Positions 40,233 through 50,541 of a DNA stretch of 64,000 bases are shown here, one piece after another. A program made the position numbers and the translations under genes. The stretch's first letter is position 1. Each line of letters starts with the position of its first letter. Source of the DNA: Candidatus Babeliales bacterium (lineage in GTDB: Bacteria; Babelota; Babeliae; Babelales; JACPOV01); assembly GCA_050250855.1 (NCBI GenBank), contig JBFWNW010000002.1, positions 1 to 64,000 of the forward strand, given 5' to 3'. The notes under the pieces are model-generated. The model ran no database searches and was not told the origin of the DNA. It saw nothing but the letters and a program-made list of their open reading frames with translations.

Positions 40233-41473
40233 AAAAAACAGTACTCTATCTGCGTACTGATATTTTTAATGAAGAACTTATAGCAGGAGGATCAGTAACG
40301 CATACAACCGGTGTTATTGAAGGATTTATGCATAATGGCTATGAGGTGGTATGTGCATCTTCTTTAATACATTCTATCCTTGCAGCGTTACCCATTAAAG
40401 CTCTTTATACATTAAAAAATCCACGAATAGTTAAATTTTTACGCTGGAAAATTAACTGTATCCTTTCAAACTTTTTTTTCACTTTATCAATAGCTTCTAT
40501 TCTCAAAAAACATTCTATTGATTACCTGTATCAACGCTATAGCATTTTAAACTGTTCCGGCATCCTTATAAGTAAACTAAAAAAAATTCCTTTAATCCTT
40601 GAATATAATGGCTCAGAGCTATGGGTTGATAAAAATTGGGGCAAACAAAAATGGTTTAGTTTTAATACTATCACCAGATTGATAGAGCTCTACAACATTA
40701 AAAATGCTCATTATATTATTGTTGTTTCTGAAGTGCTTAAAGATGAACTTATTGCACGTGACGTAAAACAAGAAAAAATTTTAGTAAATCCTAATGGTGT
40801 CAATACAGATAGCTATGATCCTGCAAAACTTAGTAATGAACGTACAGAAATACGAAGAAATCTCCATATAGAGGAAAAATTTGTTTTTGGTTTTATTGGC
40901 ACTTTTTCCCAATGGCATGGTATCAATATTTTACAAGAAATGATTCCCGAAGTTATCAAGAACTATACAAAAGCTCATTTTTTACTTATTGGTGATGGAC
41001 CACTGAAAAATAATTTAGAAAAAGAACTCAAAGAATATAAAAAATTTATAACATATACAGGAATTTTGCCATCACAAGAAGCACGTGCTTATTTGGCCGC
41101 TTGTGATGCTTTTTTATCACCAACACAACCAAATGCAGATGGCTCTCGCTTCTTTGGCTCCCCAACAAAGCTGTTTGAATATATGAGCATGGCAAAACCA
41201 ATTATTGCTTCTGACTTAGAGCAAATTAAAGATATTATTTATCCTGCATTACGAGTTAATACAACTTCAAATGATGCAAAGAATGACAATCTAGGCATTT
41301 TAGTGGAACCAAAAAATACAAAGGATTTTATAGCCGCCGCAACTATGCTGATTGATAGAAACAAAGAACTCTCCTGCCTAGGATTTAATGCCCGTAATAA
41401 AGCTGTTAAAGAATTTTCTTGGGATCATCATGTAAAAAAAATAGAAAATTTTATACAAAAAAGGACGGTATGA
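40229..41473 (+). CDS. Glycosyltransferase family 4
   Basis: VNPNGV, GFIGTF, IGDGP, SPTKLFEYMSMAKPII. Confidence 0.9.
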   Translation: MKKTVLYLRTDIFNEELIAGGSVTHTTGVIEGFMHNGYEVVCASSLIHSILAALPIKALYTLKNPRIVKFLRWKINCILSNFFFTLSIASILKKHSIDYLYQRYSILNCSGILISKLKKIPLILEYNGSELWVDKNWGKQKWFSFNTITRLIELYNIKNAHYIIVVSEVLKDELIARDVKQEKILVNPNGVNTDSYDPAKLSNERTEIRRNLHIEEKFVFGFIGTFSQWHGINILQEMIPEVIKNYTKAHFLLIGDGPLKNNLEKELKEYKKFITYTGILPSQEARAYLAACDAFLSPTQPNADGSRFFGSPTKLFEYMSMAKPIIASDLEQIKDIIYPALRVNTTSNDAKNDNLGILVEPKNTKDFIAAATMLIDRNKELSCLGFNARNKAVKEFSWDHHVKKIENFIQKRTV

Positions 41474-42300
41474 ATTCTATTGAAATTATAAAAAATAAAT
41501 CAAAAGAGACATGGGGATCTAGTCCTGCAGGAACCAGTTTTGCAAAACAATATCAAAAAGGAACAAAGGAATTTTTTGATACTGTTCTAGAAAAAAGATT
41601 CTCTTATGAATGTGACTGGCTTGATGATATTGTTGACTTTAAAAGCTTTAAAAACAAAAAAGTTCTTGAAATAGGATCCGGCGCTGGTTACGACGCCTAT
41701 ATGTTTTGTAAATATGACGCACATTACACGGGCATTGATATAACACCAGATAATCCTATTATAGCATCTCAACATTTAGGTTATTATGGTTATAAGCCAA
41801 CATTTATTTGTGCAGATGCAGAAAAAATTAACTTTCATGAAGAGTTTGATTATGTATATAGTTTCGGCGTTTTACATCACACGCCAGACATAGAAAAAGC
41901 ATTAAAGAATAGTTATCATGCTCTTAAAAGAGGTGGAGAGGCTCAAATAATTCTGTATCATAAACATTCATTTTTCTATTGGTTTAGCATTATTCTTACT
42001 GAATGGCTTATTAAAAAAAATTATAAAAAAAGAACCCTTGCAGAGCAACGATCTTTAATTGAATATACTGAAAGTAATGAAAAGCCTTTAGTGAATGTTT
42101 ATAGCAAGCGAGAATTCAAAAAAATTATGAAAAATGCAGGCTTTAAAATAGAAGAAATTTATATAAGAAAATTGGTTGCAGAAGATCTTGTAACGGTACG
42201 CTTTCTTGGCAAACTCGCAAAAAAAACACCTCAAAGCATTCTTTCTTTTATAGGAAAATTTTTTGGCTGGTACATATCAATTAGAGCAGTAAAAGAATAA
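41470..42300 (+). CDS. Class I SAM-dependent methyltransferase
   Basis: VLEIGSGAG, FDYVYSFGVLHH, LKRGG. Start moved to ATG 41470 overlapping the upstream TGA. Confidence 0.9.
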   Translation: MNSIEIIKNKSKETWGSSPAGTSFAKQYQKGTKEFFDTVLEKRFSYECDWLDDIVDFKSFKNKKVLEIGSGAGYDAYMFCKYDAHYTGIDITPDNPIIASQHLGYYGYKPTFICADAEKINFHEEFDYVYSFGVLHHTPDIEKALKNSYHALKRGGEAQIILYHKHSFFYWFSIILTEWLIKKNYKKRTLAEQRSLIEYTESNEKPLVNVYSKREFKKIMKNAGFKIEEIYIRKLVAEDLVTVRFLGKLAKKTPQSILSFIGKFFGWYISIRAVKE

Positions 42301-42301
42301 T

Positions 42302-45013
42302 ATGCTAAAATTTTATGTAAAAAAGGGTGCTTATAATACTTTTTTTTATGGACTCAGCTCACTTGTTTCTCGTGCATTAAGTTTTGTATTTTTACCCTAT
42401 TTTTTAGCAAAACTCACGCTTGAAGAGTTTGGTGTTTGGGATTTTTACCAAACCTTTTTTTCTATAGGAACGTTAATACTTTCATCAACAGCTGCAACAG
42501 GACTTATTAGATTTTTTTTGTTATATAAAAATGATCCTAAAAAACAGCAGGCCGTCGTTGGCAATTCATTAGCTTTTGTACTATCTGGCTGCATACTATT
42601 TCAACTAGGTAGTTTTGCAACGTTATTTTTATATTATAAGAATCATCCTAATTTTATTTTTTTACTATTAACAAGTCTAAATATTAGTCTATTTGCACTT
42701 TTTTCCCTATTACTTGCTTATTTACGCGTTAAAGAATATCTATGGTCTTATTTTTTTATATTTTGCGGGCAAAGTTCTTTGGCAATAGCGCTCACAGTAA
42801 TGGGTATTTATACTAATCAAGGAATTAATAGTTTTTTTTATGCAAACTGCGTGTCTCTTATTATATTTCTTCCCTTTTTTGCTTATTTATTTAAAAACTA
42901 TTTGACCTTTTCATTTACCATTTTTAAACAACAACTCATTTATAGTGTGCCACTGCTTGTCTATAGTTTTTTATATTCGTTCTTTTTTAGTATTGACCGT
43001 TTTTTTATTAAAGAATATGCGGGCTATGAAGCTTTAGGAACGTATGCTTTATTATGGCGCTTTGGTGCTATTTTCCAATTTTTTTCCATAGCTTTAATTG
43101 ACGCCTCACCAGTTATGCTCTTTAATGCACAAAAAGAACACAATGGTAATTTTCTTATTGCTAAATTTATTAATTATTTTTGTATAGCTATAACTTCCGT
43201 ATGCCTTATTGCCATTATCGGAGCACGCATAGGAATTGGTTTATTTTTTCCTGAAAAATATTACTTTTTAATATCTCTACTTCCTCTTTTTTTTATTCCT
43301 ATCATAATGCTTGAAGTTGCTCGTATTTTACAATTTGGTATAAATCTTTCAACAAAAACTATATATGGTCCTCTTATTACCAGTATAGGACTTAGTATAC
43401 AAACATTTATGTTATACATACTCAAAGATTTTAATATTCATGGCATCTTACTTGCAAATAGCATAAGCTTTGCACTTCTTTGCATTATTGCTTATCAGTT
43501 AAGCTCCTTTATTTATTCTAAAGCCATTTTTAATCCTAAAAAATTATCAATTCTTATCTCTTTATTTTTAGGACATACTCTGCTTTTACAGATGCTTTTT
43601 TATTATAATGCACCTTATTTTATGTTAATTCTACCGCTTGCTTCTTGGATAGCAGCATTATGGCATAATAATATTATTGAGCAAGAAGAAAAAAATTATA
43701 TAATGACTACCGTAAAAAAACCATTCAAAATTATTCACCCCAAAGAGTTAAAAACTATCTTATACTTAAAAACAGATATCTATTTTCATAAAATAAATTC
43801 TGGCGGATCATTTAGCCACACTATTGGCGTTCTTGATGGTTTTGCAAGTAATAATTGTTCTCTTATATGTGCAAGCTCTACAATGCATGAAACGTTAGAA
43901 AAAAAGAATTTTAAAGAATATAAAAAACTTTCTGCGTGGCCACTCTTTTTCTTTGCCCGTTGGAAACTTGGTTATGCACGCTGGCACTTAGATTGTTTAG
44001 TTTCTAATATTAGCTTTTTTTTCCAAACAAAAAATCTCCTTAAAAAATATAACATTGATGCTGTTTATCAACGCTATAGCTGGCTTAATGCTACAGGACT
44101 CTTGCTCAGGCTCTTTAAAAAAATTCCTCTTATTTTGGAATTTAACGGGTCAGAAGTATGGATTGCTCAAAAAGCCAAGCAAAAATCATTTGGTTTTTTT
44201 AAGCTTGCTACTTTTATAGAAAATTTAAATTTACGCTATGCAGATTATATTATTGTTGTTTCACAACCACTTAAAGACACACTTACTGCACAGGGAATTG
44301 ATGCTCAAAAAATTTTAGTAAACCCTAACGGCGTTGATACAGAAAAATTTAATCCTGCGCTGCTTGTTGCTGATGCAAAAACTATACGTGAGTGCCTTTT
44401 AATTCCTGAGCAAACCTTTATTTTTGGTTTTATTGGCACGTTCTCTTTCTGGCATGGCATTGATACTTTACAAGAAACGATAGAGCATATCCTCAGCAAG
44501 CAAAGCAATGTTCACTTTTTATTGATAGGTGATGGCCCCTTAAAAAATAAACTCCTGCACGACCTGGCTCTCTATAAAAATCACATTACCTATACGGGCA
44601 TGCTTAATCATGAGGTTGCAAAAAAATATCTTGCAGCCTGTAACGCCTATCTATGTCCAACTAAGGGAGACCAAGAAGGTGGTTCTTCTTTCTGCTCACC
44701 TACCAAATTATTCGAGTATATGAGTATGGCAAAACCAGTTATAGCAACAGCAGTGGGGCAAGTGGCAGAAATTCTTTCACCTGCTTTGAGCATTGAAGAA
44801 CTTAAAAATAAAAATATGATAACTGATCAGGTTGGCATTTTAATACCAGAAAAGAGCAAAATTACTTTTATGCAAGCTGCGGAAGCATTGGTTACTATGA
44901 ATACAGAATGGTGTACACAATTAGGCAAAAATGCTCGTAATAAAGTTAATGAAGAATTTACGTGGAAAAAACATACACAAAATATACAAAATTTTGTAAT
45001 TACACAAAAATAA
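42302..45013 (+). CDS. Wzx/MOP-family polysaccharide flippase fused to a GT4 glycosyltransferase
   Basis: N-terminal ~460 aa polytopic (LTLEEFG, IDRFFI, LGTYAL); C-terminal GT4 paralogous to 40229-41473. Confidence 0.85.
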   Translation: MLKFYVKKGAYNTFFYGLSSLVSRALSFVFLPYFLAKLTLEEFGVWDFYQTFFSIGTLILSSTAATGLIRFFLLYKNDPKKQQAVVGNSLAFVLSGCILFQLGSFATLFLYYKNHPNFIFLLLTSLNISLFALFSLLLAYLRVKEYLWSYFFIFCGQSSLAIALTVMGIYTNQGINSFFYANCVSLIIFLPFFAYLFKNYLTFSFTIFKQQLIYSVPLLVYSFLYSFFFSIDRFFIKEYAGYEALGTYALLWRFGAIFQFFSIALIDASPVMLFNAQKEHNGNFLIAKFINYFCIAITSVCLIAIIGARIGIGLFFPEKYYFLISLLPLFFIPIIMLEVARILQFGINLSTKTIYGPLITSIGLSIQTFMLYILKDFNIHGILLANSISFALLCIIAYQLSSFIYSKAIFNPKKLSILISLFLGHTLLLQMLFYYNAPYFMLILPLASWIAALWHNNIIEQEEKNYIMTTVKKPFKIIHPKELKTILYLKTDIYFHKINSGGSFSHTIGVLDGFASNNCSLICASSTMHETLEKKNFKEYKKLSAWPLFFFARWKLGYARWHLDCLVSNISFFFQTKNLLKKYNIDAVYQRYSWLNATGLLLRLFKKIPLILEFNGSEVWIAQKAKQKSFGFFKLATFIENLNLRYADYIIVVSQPLKDTLTAQGIDAQKILVNPNGVDTEKFNPALLVADAKTIRECLLIPEQTFIFGFIGTFSFWHGIDTLQETIEHILSKQSNVHFLLIGDGPLKNKLLHDLALYKNHITYTGMLNHEVAKKYLAACNAYLCPTKGDQEGGSSFCSPTKLFEYMSMAKPVIATAVGQVAEILSPALSIEELKNKNMITDQVGILIPEKSKITFMQAAEALVTMNTEWCTQLGKNARNKVNEEFTWKKHTQNIQNFVITQK

Positions 45014-45021
45014 AGGATTAT

Positions 45022-45750
45022 ATGGACTATCAAAATATACTTTTCAAAAATTATAATGCCACAAGAACAACATTCCTTGACCCAAATGATGAAATAAAAT
45101 TTGAATGGTTTAAAAATTATTATCAAAAAATTTATAAAAATTATTTTGTAAATATAAACAAAAAATCAAAAATTTTAGAGCTTGGATGTAATAAAGGTTT
45201 TTTATTAAAAACTTTTGAAGAGCAAGGGTACAGTAATCTTTATGGCGTTGATCTTTCTAAAGATGATCTAGACTCAGCTAAACTAATAATTCCTACAGCT
45301 AAGCTATACCAACAAGATGTTTTTGAATTTTTAAAAAATAACAAAAATTCATTTGATATCATCATATTAAAAGCACTTATAGAGCATATAAAAAAAGAAA
45401 AAATTTTAGAATTCTTAGAGCTTATCAATAACAGCTTAACACCCGGAGGAATGGTACTAATTGATGTTCAGAACTCTGCTTGGTTATGGGGCCTTCACGA
45501 TCGATACGTTGATTTTACTCATGAAGTAGGGTTTACCCAAGAAAGCTTAAGACAAGTTATGCTTCTGCACTTTAATAAAGTCCAAGTAACTCCAACTAAA
45601 AGTCCTTTAGGTCCAATGGGAAGAAAAGATAGAATTAAACATTTTATAGCAAAAAAAATATTTTTTTTCTTATGCAAATGGGCTGATCCAGAATCACCAT
45701 CAATTCAAGAAAGGCTTTTAATTGCAACAGGAAAAAAACAAAACCTCTAG
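45022..45750 (+). CDS. Class I SAM-dependent methyltransferase
   Basis: ILELGCNKG, GVDLS, FDII, LTPGG, DFTH. Start moved to ATG 45022 (AAGGA RBS). Confidence 0.88.
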   Translation: MDYQNILFKNYNATRTTFLDPNDEIKFEWFKNYYQKIYKNYFVNINKKSKILELGCNKGFLLKTFEEQGYSNLYGVDLSKDDLDSAKLIIPTAKLYQQDVFEFLKNNKNSFDIIILKALIEHIKKEKILEFLELINNSLTPGGMVLIDVQNSAWLWGLHDRYVDFTHEVGFTQESLRQVMLLHFNKVQVTPTKSPLGPMGRKDRIKHFIAKKIFFFLCKWADPESPSIQERLLIATGKKQNL

Positions 45751-45841
45751 CTCTTACATCATAACCCTTAAATAAAAAACACTTATAAGTTCAATACAAT
45801 AATCGTTATGGATCAGGCTTTAGTTAAAACTATACTATATT

Positions 45842-46825
45842 CTAATATATCAATGTATGTCCAAGCTCTGGATTAAAATATAATGCAGCAGTAGAAACAT
45901 TTGACAAAGTATGAATCAAATGATCACAGCAGGAAAGCAATATGGTTTCGATTAAAATCTCTTCGCCTTGTTTTGGGTGAAGCTTAGAACCATAGTAAGG
46001 GCTTGTTGTAGCAGAAAACCTTTGACAAGGATAATACATAACCTGACCCTTAAGGCATTTTTTCGCTTCTTCCAAAAGAGGTTCTTGGTCCGTTGCTATA
46101 AAAAATTTAACATTTTCTCCTGCAAACTTATTTGCCTCATCAAATATATATGGAAGAGGAACATGAATAACCTCACTACTTAAATGTTTCCCGCGCAAAT
46201 GAATACCTATTATTTTAGAATCAATCATTTCATTCTTAAAATCAGTTATTTTTTTTAAAATACTAGGTTTAATCTTTATAAAAGAGTCAATAATATTTTC
46301 TTTTACCCATTTCCTAAAACATTTATCATATAAATGGTAATTGCCTATTCTATAATTCGATGATCTAAACTGATTAAATTCTGCAGATTTATACCTTTGC
46401 ATATGATTATCAATCTCAACAAAATCTTTTTGTTCATCTTCTGGTAGTAAGTGCATATTTTCTATATACTGATGGTACCACCATAGCGTTGAAAAATTAT
46501 TATCCCTCTGATAAAAAGTCTGTCCATGCAAAACATCACCTGCACCATATGAATAGTCTGAGAGAGGCTCAAAATAATATTCCCATCCATTCAAAGCTCC
46601 GTTATAGCCATCCCTTGAATAATAAGCAAAATTATGATTACTCCAAACTACAGGAACTTTATTATTCGCCAAGCAATATTCTATATGATTAATTACCCAC
46701 AGAAATTCTGCAAAAAAACCACAAGGGCCTAGAAGCCTTACACATTTTTCTTGAGCTAGAACACTAAAAAAAAATAAAAAAACAAAGATATAGCTTTTTA
46801 CCTTCAAAATCGTTTCCCCCCTCAT
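45842..46825 (-). CDS. NodZ/GT23-like fucosyltransferase with signal-like N-terminus
   Basis: GFFAEF, WEYYFEP, IIGIHLRG, FFIATD, LLSCCDHLI..SNV, matching fucosyltransferase motifs I-III. Confidence 0.72.
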   Translation of the reverse strand: MRGETILKVKSYIFVFLFFFSVLAQEKCVRLLGPCGFFAEFLWVINHIEYCLANNKVPVVWSNHNFAYYSRDGYNGALNGWEYYFEPLSDYSYGAGDVLHGQTFYQRDNNFSTLWWYHQYIENMHLLPEDEQKDFVEIDNHMQRYKSAEFNQFRSSNYRIGNYHLYDKCFRKWVKENIIDSFIKIKPSILKKITDFKNEMIDSKIIGIHLRGKHLSSEVIHVPLPYIFDEANKFAGENVKFFIATDQEPLLEEAKKCLKGQVMYYPCQRFSATTSPYYGSKLHPKQGEEILIETILLSCCDHLIHTLSNVSTAALYFNPELGHTLIY

Positions 46826-46914
46826 GAAAATATTAAGAACTATACGATATAAAGATAAAAAATACAGTTTGAATAAATCAATACTTTGTTTAACTAATAG
46901 TGAATATTACTTAA

Positions 46915-48453
46915 TTACCGCTTGATAAATGTAGGTTGATATTCCATATGTGGAGAATTATTCTGTATTTTATATAACTTGCTAATATCTAATTTATAAC
47001 CATTCTTAAACTGTTTAAATAGCTCTTGCCATGAAATATTCATACTCAAGTTGCAGCCACTACAATTTTGTACCTGATTTAAAGGAATATTTATAATCTT
47101 TGATTGGTGAAAGCATAAACCCAGCTTATTAATATCACAGTGTGCACACCACGCCCCCTCCAAATAATTTGGATTATCAAAATCCAGTTTTTGCAAAATA
47201 GGTACAATTTCCTTGCGCGAATAAACTGTCATATCCACTGTATTAGGACAACCCCAGTCAGGGCCAGAACCTTTGAACTGCCAAGCGCCAACATCATTGC
47301 TAACAGGTATTAAATCTGGTACATCTTGGTTGCATTTATTCATATAACAATAGGTTATATTTTTGCCCAAACGCAAATAAAAACCATGCGCATGCGTCAT
47401 TTTTAAATAATTAGCACAGTCAGCAATATCAACATAATCTTTAACGATAATATCATCTACCGCAAAAACTATATAATTACTTGATCCTTTAGATAATGCT
47501 TCTAAAGTTTTTCGCTTAAAATCCACTTGAGGATTTGTAGATGATTGTTTTATAAAAATAACTGAAGAAAATCTCTTTTTTACCTTTTTATATGCTTTTC
47601 TCATGTCTTTATTGCCGGGCCGATATATAATCTGTATAGAAGCTATACCATCAATATAGCGTTCAACAGATTCCAAAAGAGCATAGAGCTGTAAGGGCCT
47701 ATTAAAAGAAAAAATAATTAAATCTGCCTTCTCACGCTTACGTAATGTTAATATTGGTTGATTCAGTGCTTTGTAAGGTTCTTTTTGTTCTAGGCCTATA
47801 AGCTCCTCATCTGCTTCATTAGCATTCTTATGTATTAAAGATGCTAAAAATAGTTTTTCATCTAATAACGCTATATGTCTTTGTGCCATTTCTATCATTG
47901 GATAAAACATTGCCTGTTTGTAGACAGACTCAAAAAAATAGTTATTGCAGGTAAGGTCTTGAAGCTTAATAACCTTAAAAAGCCATGCATAAAAAGTACT
48001 TGGCTGCTCTATAGATAATAAATTTTTTCTACAATGTAATAATTCTGTATCGCTATAGTAAGCATCTCCCGTCATCCAAACCTGATCATCTTGGTAAAAA
48101 GCATTAATTGTTCTTAAAACCTGGTCATGCGCAGGAATTTCACTAGATAATAGTGGTATTAAAATTTCATCATCAGCACAACTATGAGCAAATTGCCAAA
48201 AAGTACCGAGCAATCCTAAGCGTTCATTTAAAGAAATATAGTTAATATTTTCATGCAATGAATCATCGGGCTGACCTATGCATACAACTCTAAAGTTAGA
48301 ATAGTCTTGCTTAAAAAAATCTTGAAATTGTTCATAGGTTAAATTTGTTACTATAGTAATTTTTTTTTCATCTGCATGTAAAAGAAAGCTTGTGCTTAAG
48401 GGAATATAAATAAACAAAGTTTTAACTATTTTTTTTATATTAATTTCTATCAT
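46915..48453 (-). CDS. Two-domain glycosyltransferase-like protein (degenerate GT-A plus GT-A) with signal-like N-terminus
   Basis: C-terminal IIFSFNRPLQL, FAVDDII, NPNYLEG; N-terminal half resembles a decayed GT2 (DDEILI, YQDDQVWMT, MFYPMIEMA). Confidence 0.6.
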   Translation of the reverse strand: MIEINIKKIVKTLFIYIPLSTSFLLHADEKKITIVTNLTYEQFQDFFKQDYSNFRVVCIGQPDDSLHENINYISLNERLGLLGTFWQFAHSCADDEILIPLLSSEIPAHDQVLRTINAFYQDDQVWMTGDAYYSDTELLHCRKNLLSIEQPSTFYAWLFKVIKLQDLTCNNYFFESVYKQAMFYPMIEMAQRHIALLDEKLFLASLIHKNANEADEELIGLEQKEPYKALNQPILTLRKREKADLIIFSFNRPLQLYALLESVERYIDGIASIQIIYRPGNKDMRKAYKKVKKRFSSVIFIKQSSTNPQVDFKRKTLEALSKGSSNYIVFAVDDIIVKDYVDIADCANYLKMTHAHGFYLRLGKNITYCYMNKCNQDVPDLIPVSNDVGAWQFKGSGPDWGCPNTVDMTVYSRKEIVPILQKLDFDNPNYLEGAWCAHCDINKLGLCFHQSKIINIPLNQVQNCSGCNLSMNISWQELFKQFKNGYKLDISKLYKIQNNSPHMEYQPTFIKR

Positions 48454-48495
48454 TCTTATCCCTTTTTTATAAATTCTAAATGTGAAAAAAATAAT

Positions 48496-49332
48496 TTAAA
48501 AACCAATGGTAGTAAATATTTCCTTAATATATGCACGTTTTTCTGGATAAGATAATTTTATAGGATGATTATAATCTTTCTCTGTCGCATAGCCCCAAAG
48601 CTGGCCTATAAGAAATTCGTATTCTTCTTTAGAAGATAAACATGCGATTATAGTTGGTAAAGCAATTTCTAAAAATACTTTATTTTTTCCAAAAATTCTT
48701 GCCAATTCAATATATCTCTCTTTAAATAGAGCGGGAATATACACAACATCAGCATAAGAACCTACAACATTATCTTCCCCCCAACTTGACTCAAGAAGTT
48801 GTTTAGCTTCATCAGGAAGCTCTTCAAAAGCTATTCTAGTAGGCCAATAACCCCATTCACTACCCCACCAACACCATGAGGGAAAATGAGGATTTTTAAC
48901 ATTAATAGGAGTACCAATATCCGTTGACGCCTCATCTGTTATCCAAAAGGTTTTTGGAATCCATATTTTATTTCTATCCAACCTCAATAATCGCCATGGA
49001 TTAATAATACAATCGTCATGAACAAAAAAATATCCCTCATAATCAGGAAACCTTTCCATAGCATCTGCAATCGATAAATAGCTAAAATAACCTTTATATA
49101 GTGGTAAGTCATAAACATCAGAATGCTTCTGAGTGCCATAAAAAACTATATTTGCAAAATAAGGACCATAAAGTTCTTTTATAAAAGGAATTGATTCATA
49201 ATGAGGATGGTTATAGTTAATAATCAAAAGAATATTATCAAAGCTCTTATAACAAGGAACAGCATTAACTGCACAAATAAAAAATCCAATCAAACAAAAA
49301 ACAGAATATTTCATAATCATTTTTGCTTTCAT
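48496..49332 (-). CDS. STELLO/DUF288 C-terminal-like putative glycosyltransferase with signal-like N-terminus
   Basis: ILLIINYN, LYGPYF, GYFFVHDDCIINPW, DVVYIP, FLEIALPTI, HPIKLS. Confidence 0.55.
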   Translation of the reverse strand: MKAKMIMKYSVFCLIGFFICAVNAVPCYKSFDNILLIINYNHPHYESIPFIKELYGPYFANIVFYGTQKHSDVYDLPLYKGYFSYLSIADAMERFPDYEGYFFVHDDCIINPWRLLRLDRNKIWIPKTFWITDEASTDIGTPINVKNPHFPSWCWWGSEWGYWPTRIAFEELPDEAKQLLESSWGEDNVVGSYADVVYIPALFKERYIELARIFGKNKVFLEIALPTIIACLSSKEEYEFLIGQLWGYATEKDYNHPIKLSYPEKRAYIKEIFTTIGF

Positions 49333-49338
49333 GAAAAA

Positions 49339-50382
49339 TTACTCTGCCATTTTAATAAGCAAATATTGACCACCAACAAGAATTTTTAAAAATTTACTAC
49401 CCATTTCAGTTAGTAAAAATTCTTCCATTGCAAGTAATGCTCCTACCAATGTTGGCGTAGAGGTTGGATCCTCACAAATTATGATGCCTCCTTTAACAAC
49501 TAATGGTGCAACTTTGTTAAGAGCCTCTAGAGTTGGTTCATAAAGATCAACATCTACATTGCATACGACTATTTTTTCTATCTCTTTAGGCAATAAATCT
49601 GCACATATATTTGACTGAACAAGTTTATAATGTTGACCTGTTGTTTTTAATAAATCACTTACATAGTTCATAGTTTGCTCAACACCCCATAGTTTATGCG
49701 TATTGTCCCAAATTAAATCAGGACTTTGGTGAGCTTCTTCATACGTCATACCATCAAAAGTATCTAAAAAATATGATTTGCGTTGCATTCCTGCAAATTT
49801 CATATAATGAAGAGCAGTCAATGCGCTCCCCCCCACATAAACGCCAATTTCTACATAATCTCCTGGTAAATGTTTAGTAACTTGTAGGCATTGACAAATA
49901 ATTTCATGTACATCAATATTTTGATGACTTATTTTAGTCACAAAAGCAAATTTTTCATCAACTGCATTTAATGCATATTTATCCGTCCAAACGTAGCGAG
50001 TTTTTGGTCCAAAAAACGGTAAAGCATAAAATTTGCCAACATTATCTTTTATTTTTTTAAGGGCATGAAAGTAATCGTCATCGGTATGACAAAAAACTAA
50101 AAAAAGATTATCTTTAATATGGTTTTTATCTAAAAAATCTATACTCGATATTCCTTCAAAACCAGTAATCTTTATTGATAAATCATCGGATACAATAAAT
50201 TTATATGGATACTGATCAAATTTTTGACCTAAATCATTTTTTGCCCTTTGCACAAGCTGTATAACCTGATCAGTACGAAACCTAAGCATTTTAGGATCTT
50301 TAAGGGATTGATGCCAAATTGTTCCATATATAATAGAACAAAAAAATAAATTTAAAAAAGCAAAATTAAGAAATGTTTTCAT
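49339..50382 (-). CDS. TylF/MycF/NovP-family O-methyltransferase with signal-like N-terminus
   Basis: LPGDYVEIGVYVGGS, LDTFDG, VDVDLYEPT, GGIIICED. Confidence 0.8.
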   Translation of the reverse strand: MKTFLNFAFLNLFFCSIIYGTIWHQSLKDPKMLRFRTDQVIQLVQRAKNDLGQKFDQYPYKFIVSDDLSIKITGFEGISSIDFLDKNHIKDNLFLVFCHTDDDYFHALKKIKDNVGKFYALPFFGPKTRYVWTDKYALNAVDEKFAFVTKISHQNIDVHEIICQCLQVTKHLPGDYVEIGVYVGGSALTALHYMKFAGMQRKSYFLDTFDGMTYEEAHQSPDLIWDNTHKLWGVEQTMNYVSDLLKTTGQHYKLVQSNICADLLPKEIEKIVVCNVDVDLYEPTLEALNKVAPLVVKGGIIICEDPTSTPTLVGALLAMEEFLLTEMGSKFLKILVGGQYLLIKMAE

Positions 50383-50541
50383 CGTACTCCTTTTTAAGCT
50401 AACCTATTTTGTCAAAATCCTACCCCATATATTAAAAAAAACAATAATTGTTTCTAATTTATTTATTCAATTTTTTTTGTTAGCATTTTAAAAACCCATA
50501 AAGGATAATTGTAATGATTGAATTAAAAAAAATATAAAACT

